This document shows positions 44,468-57,290 of a stretch of DNA of 64,000 bases, in pieces. Position numbers and translations under genes: made by a program. Below the pieces are notes generated by a model. The model ran no database searches and was not told the origin of the DNA. It saw only the letters and a program-made list of their open reading frames with translations. How positions within the stretch are numbered: position 1 is the stretch's first letter; each line of letters begins with the position of its first letter. Origin of the DNA: the human T2T-CHM13v2.0 reference genome, Homo sapiens. The stretch lies in NCBI RefSeq assembly GCF_009914755.1, contig NC_060930.1; one strand, written 5' to 3'.

Positions 44468-47400
44468 GCCGCACATTTTGGTTCATAGGAAAGAACTTTA
44501 AAGCTACTGATCTAGTTAACCTTGCTGGTCACCCATAAATGAGAAAGGACGTGAATCAAGGAGGAAGGAGACGTGCTCTACAACATAGGCCACCCACACT
44601 CACTCCTAGTATGTTACCAAGTGACAAATTCACACATCACATTCCATTGTAGAAAAAAAAGTCACTTCTTAATTTCCTCAATATCTGATCTCACCTTCCG
44701 CTTAAGCCACCCTCTGTTTTTCTCCCCAGAGAGGATGCCTTACCACGTGTATGCCGCCTATCTCAGTATCTGCTGGTGTAACGAGCGCTTTTGGTACCTG
44801 TTAGGCCCCCTGTCTCCAACTCCTCGCACCTCCTTTCCAAGGTGGTGACTGGGTCCTCATGGTGAGTGAGAGGAGGGGTCCCCAGGCTGTTTGCAGATGG
44901 GGGGCTGCCCTCTATTCCTCACCAGCTGCTGCAGTAGTGGTCTCCCTGTCACCACCTGCTCTGGCTGCTAACTTCTTTGAAAAGGGAAAGTTCTCTCTTT
45001 GCTTAGGGCTGTGTAGCCTCTGAAGATCTGGCCGCCATTCCCATTCAATTCCTGGGCACGCAGGTCTGCCCCGTAGGCTCTGATGGTAGGCTCCGTTTGC
45101 TCAGTAGCCAGCACCAGGCCTGCCCCTTTCCAGCGACCTCCCTGCCCCTCCCCAGGCCCCTAAAGGAGGTTCTGGGAGCTGTGCCCAGGCATTCTCTACC
45201 TGAAGCCACTGTGCTCCTGCCTGGCCACTGCTGCAGCCCCCAGCAGGAAGCAGAGCCACAAGCCCTCACCTCTCATCCTCCCCCACACTCTATGCAGCCT
45301 TCTTGTCATGGACACAGGTCTTCCCTCCACCCCACAGTCCATGTGAGCCTGAAAGAGAGGTTCTGTTCCTCTTCTGTCTCTTATCTGACCAGAGCTGCCA
45401 CTACCTCATGCCCTCTCCTGGGATTGTATTAACTTTAGGCTTCTGGGAAAGTTGATTTATGAGGAAGAGGAAGAGTGAGAAAGAATTGGAGAAACAAAAG
45501 AAATCAGAGAACTTGACAATTTTCTTGTTCCTTCTGAAATGAATTTTCAAGGTGACTTATTATTCTGTTTAAAACACTAAATTCTCAGAATGCTATGTAC
45601 TTCTTGGTGCTAACAAACTGAAAAAGAATCACACCTACATCAAACCTATGCAGTTTGGAAATCATCTGCTCTTGTGGCTCATCTGCGTTGCTCACTTGTC
45701 TTGGCAAAAGCATATCTGAGTTGGCAATGTCTCTTTTCTTTTCCGCTTTTTCTTAGGCTGTCTATTTCATGTGCTATAGCTATTTACAATAGATTGCATG
45801 AGCCCCAGCCTGTTTCTAAGAAAAAGATAATAGAAAAATGTGTATAAAATTGTAAAAATACAATCATGTACAAAGCCATAGTTAACACTCGAGAGCCTAT
45901 GGGTGAGTCCACTGAGGGCACCTGCCAAGACCCTTAACCACAGAAGTCTGAGATATCCCCAAGCTGGGACTCCCATTACTTTCCCTATTCTGGCTCTCTG
46001 GTGTGCTTCCTACTATGATATCCTAGTTTTTCTGCCTCTCTTCAACCATGTTTTCCCTTAAAAAAGATGTATATACAGACATAAGTCTTGTAAGTGAATG
46101 CATAAATAATAGATACAAAAAGGATTTTATTGTAGTATTCCCTAGCAACACAAAAATATGGGTATATACACTTCCAGTGTCACATTATTCAGGATGTCTT
46201 TTTAAACAGTATAAATATTATCCTCAACTGTAAGCAAATATAGACCAGTAAGGGAGCGACAGACAGCTTTTTAAAAACTGCTTTTTTGAAAAGCTTATCC
46301 AAATCAAGCATTTGTTATCTTTTTGCAATGTCAACAGAGCTCTTGAATAAAATATTAGATTATGCCCCTGCTTTTTAATCTGAAAGTCATGTGGGTTTTG
46401 GTTTTGTCATAACTACCTTAGTGCCTGTGTATACTCTCTAACACCCATTATTTTCCTAATGATTTTATGAAACTACATTGGTTTTGCAGATGAGCCAAAA
46501 ATGGGTAAAAAGGAAAGAATGAAGACATAAGTAAAACAGAAAACATGGCTTTGGCTAAGAAAGCACCTTTTCTTGCACTGTGCTTTAATATTCAGTAAAC
46601 ATTTGGTTACGGTTAAAAGAAATAAGAAATATGTATGTTTATATTGAACTGGCTAATTTAATGGCTGCTTTGACTTCTACTAAAGGGTCATCTAATATTT
46701 GATAATAAACACAACACATTAATTTTTCACTTTTCTTTGAATTACGGGAAGGAAGTCTTACTATGAAAAGCCTCATTATGAAAGGCCTCAGTCTGGTCTC
46801 AAATCCGCAGAAATTATACTCTTTCCTCTTGACATCTTGTAATAAATAAAACTGTTAATATTTTGACTTTAGACAAATTTCTCTTTTGCTTTCAGCAGCT
46901 AACAGTTACAAAAAGAGACAGTGCCACATTAGTTACAGTAATTTACTTTGGGGACACCAGCAGAAACACATAAAATTCATTAGTGGCGCCAAAAGCTATT
47001 TCCAGTTCTAATAAAAAGGCTAAACTACAATTTATGAAACGAGTCTTAAAACTTTCCTGAAGACAGAAGAGTTGAGATGATCTTTGGAATAACCAAAGCA
47101 AGAATCCCTACTGTACTTAAGCCAAAATGTTTGTTTTCACAATACCGTAACATAATGTGTTAACATTAAAATACTTTCTCATTGCCAAATGAATATAAAC
47201 TGGGGAGATGCTCTCTCAGCTCATGCTCTTGGTCCATTAAGCCCGGGTTCCTGCCTCTGGCAGTGTTTCATGCTTCAAAGAAAGGCAACAACAACAAAAA
47301 AACCTTATAAGCAAAATTAGAATAAATCTACAGCTCTTATGATCAATCATGCAAGGTTAGCACTGGGAGAAAAACACATTCGCTTCTGTTTCCCATAGGA

Positions 47401-47832
47401 ATCGCATGCCTCTGACTTTGAGACCTTGGGAAATACATTTTCATCCCACAGGAAACTCAAGGTTGCAGATGGACACACACATTCTACTAATATCATTTTT
47501 ATTTAAACAGTTTGGTCTGATAATTTATTAAAAAGTGTTCCCTAAAGGAATGATGCTGCTACTAAAAACATTTTCCTGAATTACTTTTAATCTAAAAAGT
47601 GCTTGAGAAGAAAGCTGGAAGATACGATAGTTGAATTCCTACAGAAGCCTTGCCTTCTATTAATAATGAACACAAAATATTTGGAAAATAAGACAATGGA
47701 AATAAATTGAAATAAACAAGTTGGTCTGCACTGGTCTTTCTTAGAATACATTATGCCATTCAACACTTCTTATTTAGAAATGTCTTTTTCCAGGAAAAGT
47801 CCTATGCCCTTTTTAAAGTAGATGACTTTCAA

Positions 47833-48325
47833 GCTACTATAAAGACACATGCACATGTATGTTTATTGCAGCACTATTCACAATAGCGAAGACTTGGAGA
47901 CAACCCAAATGTCCATCAATGATAGACTGGATTAAGAAAATATGGCACATATATACCATGCAATACTATGCAGCCATAAAAAAGGATGAGTTCATGTCCT
48001 TTGCTGGGACATGGATGAAGCTGGAAACCATCATTCTCAGCAAACTATCACAAGGACAGAAAACCAAACACCATGTGTTCTCACTCATAGGTGGGAGTTG
48101 AACAATGAGAACATATGGACAGAGGAAGGGGAACATCACACATCGGGGCTGGTTGGGGGATGGGGGCCTGGGGGAGGGATGGCATTAGGAGAAATACCTA
48201 ACGTAAACGACGAGTTGATGGGGGCAGCAAACCAACATGGCACATGTACACCTATGTAACGAACCTGCATGTTGTGCACATGTACCCTAGAACTTAAAGT
48301 ATAATTTTAAAAAATCAATAAAAAA
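47833..48325 (+). mobile_element. L1PA5/6-like 3' end (~490 bp)
   Basis: ORF2 end MFIAALFTIAKTW...HVFSLIGGS*, G-rich 3' UTR and A-rich tail; TSD taaagtagatga at 47814-47825 and 48326-48337. Confidence 0.95.
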
Positions 48326-49383
48326 TAAAGTAGATGATTTCTCAATTATTTCTTCTGCATATAACCCATCGTTGAGGGGTAAGCGCAGAGGAGCAATGTG
48401 GCGGCTACGTAGAACCACTTCTTAAAGGGGAGAGTAACATCTAACACTCGTGCTAAGATTTCCATGCAATCATGTGCACAAATTGCCAGCTCAGGGCTCA
48501 GCACACAAGTGTAAAATTTAAAAATGCCAGAACATTTCTGCTCAGGCCTATTCATAGGCCAGGCCTCCTTAGGTTTATTGATACCCTTCCCTTAGTCACA
48601 AAATTTCCTTACAAAGGGCCTGTGGAATAGCAGTTGGAGGCCAAAGGTCTGGCCACCACCTAATAAGACCCCACCCAAAGTCATCCAGTATAAGAAGTTG
48701 GTTTCATTACAGTATAAAGTAAAATTAAAGGCTGATTAAAAGCAGCAGTTTACATCTGTACATCATCTGATCTAATTTCCTCATTCCTGATGAGGAAACT
48801 GGGCCGTAGACAGGCTAAACAAATTCCTCAGAAGTTAAGATCCTATATGTTCCTGGTGCGGTTCACTGTGTATTCCTCGCCGTGCACACAGTGTCAGGAC
48901 AGGGCAGGCTCCAACTCCTTACTGTTTGGTGAACGAATAAGGAGGGAACCAGCCTGTTTTGGCGTAACCAGCTTACTGGCTGTGCGGCTGTTAGGATTCA
49001 GATTTCCTGTGGCTTTTTACTCTCTACTACACTTACCAAAGAAAGGATGGTTCTGGAAAGCATCACAGTGTGACACAGATCAAGTGCAGACCGAACTACC
49101 ACCCATGTGTACACGAACAGGGGCCAGTGACTGATGATGCTTCAGTTCCCGTTAGTGGGCGCCAGTCCTTCCTTCAACCATTAAAGAAAAATAAAGGGAA
49201 CACACTGATATTTTTTCCTTTCAACTGGGTGCTTGCTGACCTCAGAGTCCTAGGGCACATGTGGTTGCCAGACTGAAAGAACACGGAGCGTGTCTGGAGG
49301 ATGCCGGCAAAGCTGAGAAGCCAAACTCTGGCTGCATCCACTGATATTTACAGCTTTGCCAGCCTAGGCTCTGCTCCCACCAC

Positions 49384-49850
49384 TCTTGGGTCAGACCCGC
49401 AGACCCTGGCCAAATGATGGATGAACAAATGCACTCAGACACAGATATCTAGTGAAAGAGTGGGTTAGGGAACCGGGCCGCTTACAGACCCCAAGGAGGG
49501 TACTGTAAAGAGTCAGCAGCCACGGCTGGCTGGTGCCGCAGGCATTTATTCAGCACAAATTTAATGACAAAGGCTTTGAGTCAACACACTTGTGGATAAT
49601 TAACATGGTCACCCTCCCCCCACCACCCAGAGCAGTCCTGCTCGCAGACGATTAAAGGCCAGGTTCTGGGGCCTAAGTAAACTCACTTATCTAGATCAGT
49701 TTCTTTACATCCCCTTGTTACCTAACCTAAGCTCTTAAGAGAATTCAGCTGCCTTCAGCCAAATTTTCTTTAGAAGCTTTGCAAACCCCTGGCCTTCCAA
49801 GGTTTGCATCTTTCTACAATTGTTCCCACCACCCTGACCAATCTCCTACA
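49384..49850 (-). mobile_element. LTR22-family solo LTR of HERV-K(HML-5)
   Basis: Reverse complement begins tgtaggagattggtcagggtggtgggaacaattgtagaaagatgcaaacc; perfect 6-bp TSD caccac (49378-49383, 49851-49856), typical of betaretrovirus-like ERVs. Confidence 0.85.
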
Positions 49851-50972
49851 CACCACAATATGCATTTTCTCAAGGCATTCTGCTGAAGGAGGTACAGCAT
49901 CGGAGAAAAGCCTAGGAAACAGAGGGCCCCGACTGCCTTATCAGTCATGCTAAGATGATCTTACCAATAATGAAATAGGATCTACTATTATGTGATCTAA
50001 TAAAGTTATACTTTTTTGATAAATAATTCAGCAAAGTTTCAGTTTTCTGAATCAAAGGGCAACTAAAGTACGTATTATTTTCTGAAAGAACTCTACCTAC
50101 TTTACCAGAAAGAGAACACCATGGAATATGGTACACACATCACTGTGTCATGTGATGTACAGCCTTGGACTTTACATGCTACTTAAAATGGATTAAAAAC
50201 AGTGTTTACTATAAAGAACAAGAGGAGTGTAGCAAGTGTCATCAAATGCTTTCATAAAGCCCATCGCCAGACAGTCAGTTACAAACACTGAGAAGACCTC
50301 CAAAGGTCTTTATTTGTGGCGGAGAGTTCTAGGAAAGATGGGTGGAACCCACACCAAAAGACGTGCTGCTCTTTGGGGAGAATGAGTGGTGTTTCATGTC
50401 TTTAGCTGTTGATATGTTTGATCCCCAATTCAGGGAGCAAATGGCCACATCTTTTGTGTGGACCCCATTGGTGCAGAGATGAGCCTGTTCTATGACTGCT
50501 TCCAATGCACCAGGGTGACTAGGATAACTCTCAGTGTATTTCTGCTACATCACCTTGCCCTTCATTCAGTAATGATACAAAGATGGAGGTTTTCAATTAA
50601 AAACTTCACTTAGGAATAAATTGTGTTTCATGGGTTTATGATGCCCTAAAATGTCTCTGAGAATTTACACTTCCTTTTTTATTTTTTATTTTTTGGCTTG
50701 TGGGTATTTGCTTTGTGGGCAGCTGCAAAATCGGTATTAGCCAAAACAAACTGATAATTAAACAAACAAACATGATGGTGTCATGTATCATGTCAATTAG
50801 AGTAATGTTGGAAAATGGAAGTATACAATACTTCTAAATATTGATTTATTGCTCTCCTTTTTCTTATTCTATAGAAAAACTAGATTAAAAAATCAATGTC
50901 ATTTACATGATTTTAGTCCAATAAAGAGTGTAATAATTTGGCTGTTCAATTAATTTGGTTTGAAGAAATGAG

Positions 50973-51314
50973 TGTCTTAGTCTGCTCATCCTGCTGTAAC
51001 AAGATACTATAGACTGGATGGCTTATAAGCCACGGAAATTTATTTCTCCAAGTCTGGAGGTTGCAAGGCCAAGATCAAGGTGATGGTGGAGTCTGTGTCT
51101 GATGAGTGCTGTCTTCTTGCTGTGTCTTCACACGGCAGAAGGGATGAGAGGGCTCTCTGAGTTCCCTTTTATAAGAACACTAATCCCATTCCTGAGATCT
51201 CTACCCTCATGACCTAATCACTTCCCAAAAGTCCCATCTCCTAATACCATCACCTTGAGGGTTAGGAGTTCACCATATACATTTTGGAGGGACACAAACC
51301 TTCAGTTCATAGCA
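50973..51314 (-). mobile_element. MLT1A-type MaLR solo LTR
   Basis: tgtcttagtctgctc...aatttatttctc...ccctcatgacctaatcacttcccaaa...ggacacaaaccttcagttcatagca. Confidence 0.88.
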
Positions 51315-51479
51315 GTGGGTAAACATTTAGTGCTTGAATATTTGCTAGTGAAAGGATTAAATTCCAACTAGCCAAGAAGGCCACAAGCCAGCCTTTGTAG
51401 AGAAGTAGAGACATAGCACTTAGAAGAGGGGGTCTGACATCTCCAGAGCTGCGCCAGCTCTTACTGCAGTACCGTTCAT

Positions 51480-52010
51480 TGTTAATTAATGCATTCACTC
51501 ATTCATTCAACAGACAGAATCGCGCAGGGCTACATTTGGCCCTGTGGGGATGTAGAGGCGCGTAATAGGCAGGCCCTTGAGGCAGGAAGCCAATGAGAGT
51601 GTACCATGCATGCAGATAACCAGAGTGCTGAGCAGGCAATGAAGAGAACCATTCGCAGGACACACAGCTTTAATTAAGTAATTTATAGTTACGGGAAATC
51701 TTCAATAATTGATATCTTGTAAGTGGGAGCTGAAACATAATGGGCAGGCAAAGGAGTGCAGAAGGCAGACACAGAGCTGGAAGACACTAGGCACTGAGGA
51801 AAACCAGCACCGAGGAATGGCGTCTTCGTGGAGCATGGACTGGATCAAGGGATGATGGAAGAGGTGGGGAAGGCAGGCTAGGGATGCTCATGCATCTGGG
51901 CTTTGTTCAGGAAGCAGGACAGACTCCTTGAAGGCGTTTGCTCAAAAATGGGACCTGATCAGACTGGTGTTTCAGAAAAATGACTCCTGTAGACATGAAC
52001 AGGGTGATGT
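51480..52010 (-). mobile_element. L2 fragment
   Basis: cattcactcattcattcaacagac...gacctgatcagactggtgtttcagaaaaatgactc. Confidence 0.5.
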
Positions 52011-52929
52011 GGATCCAGGAGAAGTTTAGGGCAACGCTCTCAGCCAGCAGAATCTAACTGAGAAGCAAGGGAGGAGGTACTGACATCGGTTAGGGTGCAG
52101 TCAGGAGCGATTTCAGAAGCCGCACTACAAGCCTCTCCCCTGCACCCCGGCAGTTGCTGCCCAATCACCCCTCCCTTTCACCTCACCTCTCCCAACCCAG
52201 GCTCCACATTCCATCAGTCACCGTTTAACAGGCATCCACATTTAGCCCTTCTGCTTAAAACCTCCACTACTTGACCCGTGAAGTCAGATTATCCAGTGGT
52301 CACAAAAGGCACCCTATACATGACTCTGCCAACCTCCCACCTCCTGTCTTGCCCTTCCCAGGCTGGCCCTGAACCACGGACGCTTTTTTAATGTTTTCCA
52401 TCCTGGTATTCTCACCCAACCATCCTCCGCACTCTCGCTCTGCCTGCCTCCTTCCCCACCCACCTAGCAAATGCCAATTTGATCTTCAGGAAGATGCTGC
52501 ACATAAGCTCGTGCTGAAGAATCCAGTTAATGTGAGTGGAGCAGACCTAAAATCTTGGGGCGATAGTGGTTACCTAGTGACCCACATCTTTGTGATTTGC
52601 TAATGCTGATAAAAGCTTTGTTGACAAGCCCTTTCAAAGGCACTCTGCTTCCACTCTGTGACAATAGCGCCAGGTCTGAGTCTCTAGCTTAAGGGTTTGT
52701 GAAATGCTTTCAGGTTTTTCACTGAAGGAGTTCACAAGCTTTGGTGCACCCTGAGTTGAGCTGTGTCAATGAGCTCACATAGCGTTCATTGTGCTTACAC
52801 ACCCACGGTATCATAATAACAGAAGCCTTTTCAATTTTCAATTTGATTGAATTTCACCCTGAAAAGGCATAGGTTTTTACTGTGTACTAGAGTAAGTCCC
52901 ACTCTTCCTTGGGAAACTCATAATATAAT

Positions 52930-53165
52930 ATGAAAGCAGAGCCTTTAGGGTCTGAAAAATTGAGCTTTGAAGGTCTGACAACACCTACCATCTACCCAAG
53001 GAACTGCCGAGCACCCACCAATAACTCCCTAGTTTGAAAACGTGGCCAATCAGCGCAACTCTCTGAGGCTCAGCTTCCCTGTAGAGCCGTAGATGAGATG
53101 CTTTGAAGTAACTGGCACTTGGGTGACACACACGGTATGTCCCCAATAAATGGAAGTTACCATTG
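52930..53165 (+). mobile_element. MIR (diverged)
   Basis: ctctctgaggctcagcttccctgta...ccccaataaatggaagttacc. Confidence 0.45.
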
Positions 53166-54054
53166 ACATAGTTTATACTGTCATCATAATAGAATTTCAG
53201 AACTGAAATTAAATAAACCAAATTTATTTAATTTAATGAGTTTCCAAAAGCAGAGAGTATCTTAAATCTTCCTGTACTTCCAAGAATTACATTGTTTTAA
53301 GATGTCTTTTAAAGCAGTTTCAGAAGTACCAGTGTGTTGCCATTTACCAGAGTCAAATTCAAACTTTCACAAATTCATCATCTTTAAGTTATGGCGCTCT
53401 CTGGATACCCTCTCCGCAGGCATCCACGGTTTTCTCTTGTCATCATCATCATCAGTGAAGATGTTTGTCCCCCACCATGTCTAGGGCCCTAGACTAGGCA
53501 CTCAGGAAGAGAAGCAGTGATGAATCAAAAAAGACACGTGGTTCTCTGCCAGCAAAGGGCTTGTAAAAGACCACACAGTGACAGTCAACCACTTGGGAAA
53601 GAACCACATGACACAGGAAGTTCGAGTGTCTAAATACAAAAACGGTTTTCTTCCAAAATGTTAGTCACAGATAAAATAGGATACAGACAAAAACAATCCT
53701 TTAAGGGCTGTTTGCATCCCCAGGGGTGTTTGCGGGCAGCACTACCCCAGAAGGGTGGGGCCACGCTTTCTAGGCAGGCTGCTCCTGCTACCCTCTTGGA
53801 ACTTTGTGCTCCCAGCCACAGCCATGGAAGAGGAAGAGAGGGTGGGAGCCCAGCAATGGTTGATTGGGGGTGAGTACATCAGAATAACTCTGCCGTAGCA
53901 GACAGGAGTGCCCACCATGTGCCATGCATGAGCTAGTGCTTACTGAAAGCCTTCAACATTGTGGGATTCCATAGATAGAATTTTTTCTGAGAAACAGTTT
54001 TCTGATGGTTGTAAAGGAAACAAATTCTTTACCAAGCATTTAACATCTGCAAAG

Positions 54055-54128
54055 CACTAGAGTACCAATAAGCTCTACAAGACCCGAAATACACTAGAGT
54101 ACCAGTAAATCATGCAAGACTCACAAGT
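54055..54128. repeat. Two-copy ~37-bp tandem duplication
   Basis: cactagagtaccaataagctctacaagacc / cactagagtaccagtaaatcatgcaagact. Confidence 0.8.
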
Positions 54129-54499
54129 AGCTCAGTCAGACTGGTAAGAGACAAGACAGGAGAAGAGTAGCTTTGCCACGTGTTTTATGCAAAGTGTCAA
54201 GTGACAGGTGCAACAAATCCATGGCACAAATATCACAGGCCCTCAAAAGCAATGAGTGTAAATAGAAAATAAAATAATCTGGAAAAATAATTGCCTATGG
54301 CATAAGGCATCTTATTTATTTAAAAATGTATCCATCATAATATGAGGATGACTTCAGGCTATGAGGAATTTATTGGACAGTTTTCATTCAATGGGGAGAT
54401 AAAAACGCTTTTTGAAATGTCTTGCTATCTGTAGTTAGAGGAATATCCTCCTCTTCTTACATTTCTATTTCATTTTCTATATGCAGTTGCTAGGGGTAC

Positions 54500-54553
54500 G
54501 CACACACCCAGACAAACACACACACACACACACACACACCCCACACACACACA
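54500..54553. repeat. Imperfect (CA)n microsatellite
   Basis: CA run with interruptions. Confidence 0.9.
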
Positions 54554-55354
54554 TTCCTCAGGGCTTTTTATTCATTGGAAATTTGCCATAGCTAAACACA
54601 GCCACTGAAATAAAAACATATCCTGACATGCATTCTTACCCAATTTATCCCATTTAGGACTGTAGAAAGTATCTGGGAAGAAAAACTAATAAAAAAATGT
54701 GTAAGTCGTTAACTATTTCTTGTTGAGTTCTTTTCCCCCCAGCAGTACATTAAAATGGTCTGTACAAATTGATAGCTTCAGCATTCAAAGTGCATTAAAA
54801 TAAGCCAAACCAAGACTGTGCACCAATGTCAGAGAGCAGCTCCTGTTTCCAATTAAAAGAGACTTTCCAGTGGAACTGATGAGTCATGGCTCAACATGGC
54901 AGAGAGGTCTTATTTATTTTTTTCAAATTTTCTTTTTAGTTTTAATGATAGTCACAGCGTCACACATTTTTGTTCATTAGCATAGATGGGGCCTAAGGTT
55001 ACAAAAGCTGTGGTAAGAATCGTCCTTAATTGCAAGGGTTATTCTAGGATTTACATGAGAAAAAAAACCCCATAAATGGCAACCCAGGCAGACACAGGCA
55101 TCTGTGAGCATCTTATAAAATATCTGTAACTATAGTGTAAATGGCAAAACGTTATCTAGTCTTTTACTTAATATGACATTTGGGTGAAATTGCATCTTGA
55201 TTCATTTGATCTTGCTGTTTTTCTTTAATATGAAATTAGAAAAAAGTAGTTTCACTTTTGTTTTTAGTCACATTTTGAAATAATAGAAGTCAAAATAAAT
55301 CCAGTTGTCTGAAAAATGTATCTGTTTCTAAATATTCTATAAACCATTGGAAAC

Positions 55355-55727
55355 TGTATTAGTCCATTCTCACACTGCTAATAAAGACATGCTCAAGACT
55401 GGGTAATTTATAAAGGAAAGAGATTTAATTTATTCACAGTTCCACAGCTCTGGGGAGGCCTCAGGAAACTTACAATCATGGCAGAAGGGAAAGCAAACAT
55501 GTCCTTCTTCACACGGAGGCAGCAAGGAGAAGTACAGAGCAAAGGTGGGGGATACCCCTTATAAAACCAAATCTCGTGAGAACTCACTCACTATCATGAG
55601 AATAGCATGGAAGTAAACACTCCCATGATTCAATTACCTCCCACTAGGTCCCTCCCATGACACATGGGGATAATGGGAAGTACAATTCAAGATGAGATTT
55701 GGGTGGGGACACAGTCAAACCATATCA
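55355..55727 (-). mobile_element. THE1 (THE1B/C-like) MaLR solo LTR, intact
   Basis: tgtattagtccattctcacactgctaataaagac...gagatttgggtggggacacagtcaaaccatatca; 5-bp flanks gaaac/gaagc. Confidence 0.93.
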
Positions 55728-56740
55728 GAAGCTTTGCAGATCATTGTCTCTCTCTGTTAGACCTATGATTATCTAATTAAATTTCTATTCCAGGCTTTGC
55801 TGTACAAACAATACTGTATTCATTTGGCACAATAAAAATTAAAACAGAAATATTTGTCCCGGAAAATGTAAAGGTATGAAATACCTTTCAGAAAAAATGC
55901 ATGTGTATTTGTGTGCATGTCTGACTGCACACACATACACATACACTCCCAAAGGAGATAATTTAGTTGGTTTTCTTTGTTTTCTGATTGCCAAATAAAT
56001 TTCTCTGCTGAATACATTGCAAGTCTACCCTCATGATTCCAGTTTGTCATACTGTGTTTTTATATTCCTTCCAATTGAGGATGTTATGCCTAAACATACA
56101 ATGTTCCAAAGAGTCTACTTCACTTCATACTATATTCCCCTTAGCAACATTGAATCCTTAAGACATCCGTTAAAAGTCAGGAGCATTCAGTTAACAGCTT
56201 AATAGGGTTGGGATCTGTAGAAATTTATCAAACAAATTAACATTATTGACTTTTAAACAGACACTGTAGACAGTTTCAAAGAATATCACGAGGATTTTGT
56301 AAAAGCCACATCATACTGTGGATATTAAATATTCCTGGTGGAATAAGATAGCTGGCACAGTTAAAAGAAACTGAGATATTGCAAGGCCAGGAGCACTGCT
56401 CTCCTCTGTTGCCCATGAATCTTCTAAGGAAAGAAAAGTGCTTTCTTGCCACTTCAGAGTTGTTTTTGGTTTCCTGAAACTGTCATAATTTAATTAAAGC
56501 ACTCAGTGTCCTGCATATGTGACACCATCTAGTTGACAGAATCATTCCACTCGATTTTTCTAACAGGGGACAAGATGCAGGTGCCAGGCAGCTGCTCATA
56601 CAGTATGAGAATGGGAGGGGCCTCTGTCCAAAATGTCTCCTGTCAGACGAATTAAAATGATTATGGGCTAAAGCTGGGTGCTAAAAATGTGTCTGTGTGT
56701 ACGTCACATGAGGAGGGGGCTTTAACCAAATGGAAAACTT

Positions 56741-56742
<2 letters not shown>

Positions 56743-56787
<45 letters not shown>
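56743..56787. repeat. (AC)22 microsatellite
   Basis: Perfect dinucleotide run. Confidence 0.97.
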
Positions 56788-56788
<1 letters not shown>

Positions 56789-57149
56789 CCCCCACCCCCT
56801 AAAACCCAAGCAACTTTTTGGGACTCCTAAGACTGTAAGTGAGTTATCGTTACTGATGGGAATGGGTTCTGTCCCATAGGTGAGTCAGAACGGAGAAACG
56901 GATGCCTGTGGCAAGGCAGTGTTGTCAGAGACAGAAAGCACATCCCCTTGTCGGCCTGTAACCACAAGGTCTGGATGAGCTGAATAAAAAGAATAGTAGA
57001 CACCCCTGGTGAGCGTCCCCGCAGATGGGCTCAGTCCCCCTGAAGGCCTGTAGCAGGGCAGCGGGAGGGCCTTCTCAGGCTGAGTGGGACCTTTCCATAG
57101 GCAGACGGTGCTCTGAGCCTCCTGTATACAGTAGAATGGGCTCAGCACT

Positions 57150-57290
57150 GACCTGTGGCAACTCATGTAATCCCCACAAGTATCTCCATCTTACAGACAA
57201 GAAAGTGTGTTCTTAGGAAAGCTAAGCAACTTGCTGCAGGTCACACAGCTAGTAAGCACTAGGGTGTTTCCAAAGCCTAACTGTTCAATA
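57150..57290 (-). mobile_element. MIR
   Basis: ctccatcttacagacaagaaa...agcaacttgctgcaggtcacacagctagtaag. Confidence 0.7.

Noticed and set aside
53206-53234. AT-only 12-bp inverted repeat (similar case at 12875-12915)
   Set aside because: Low-complexity AT composition makes these common.
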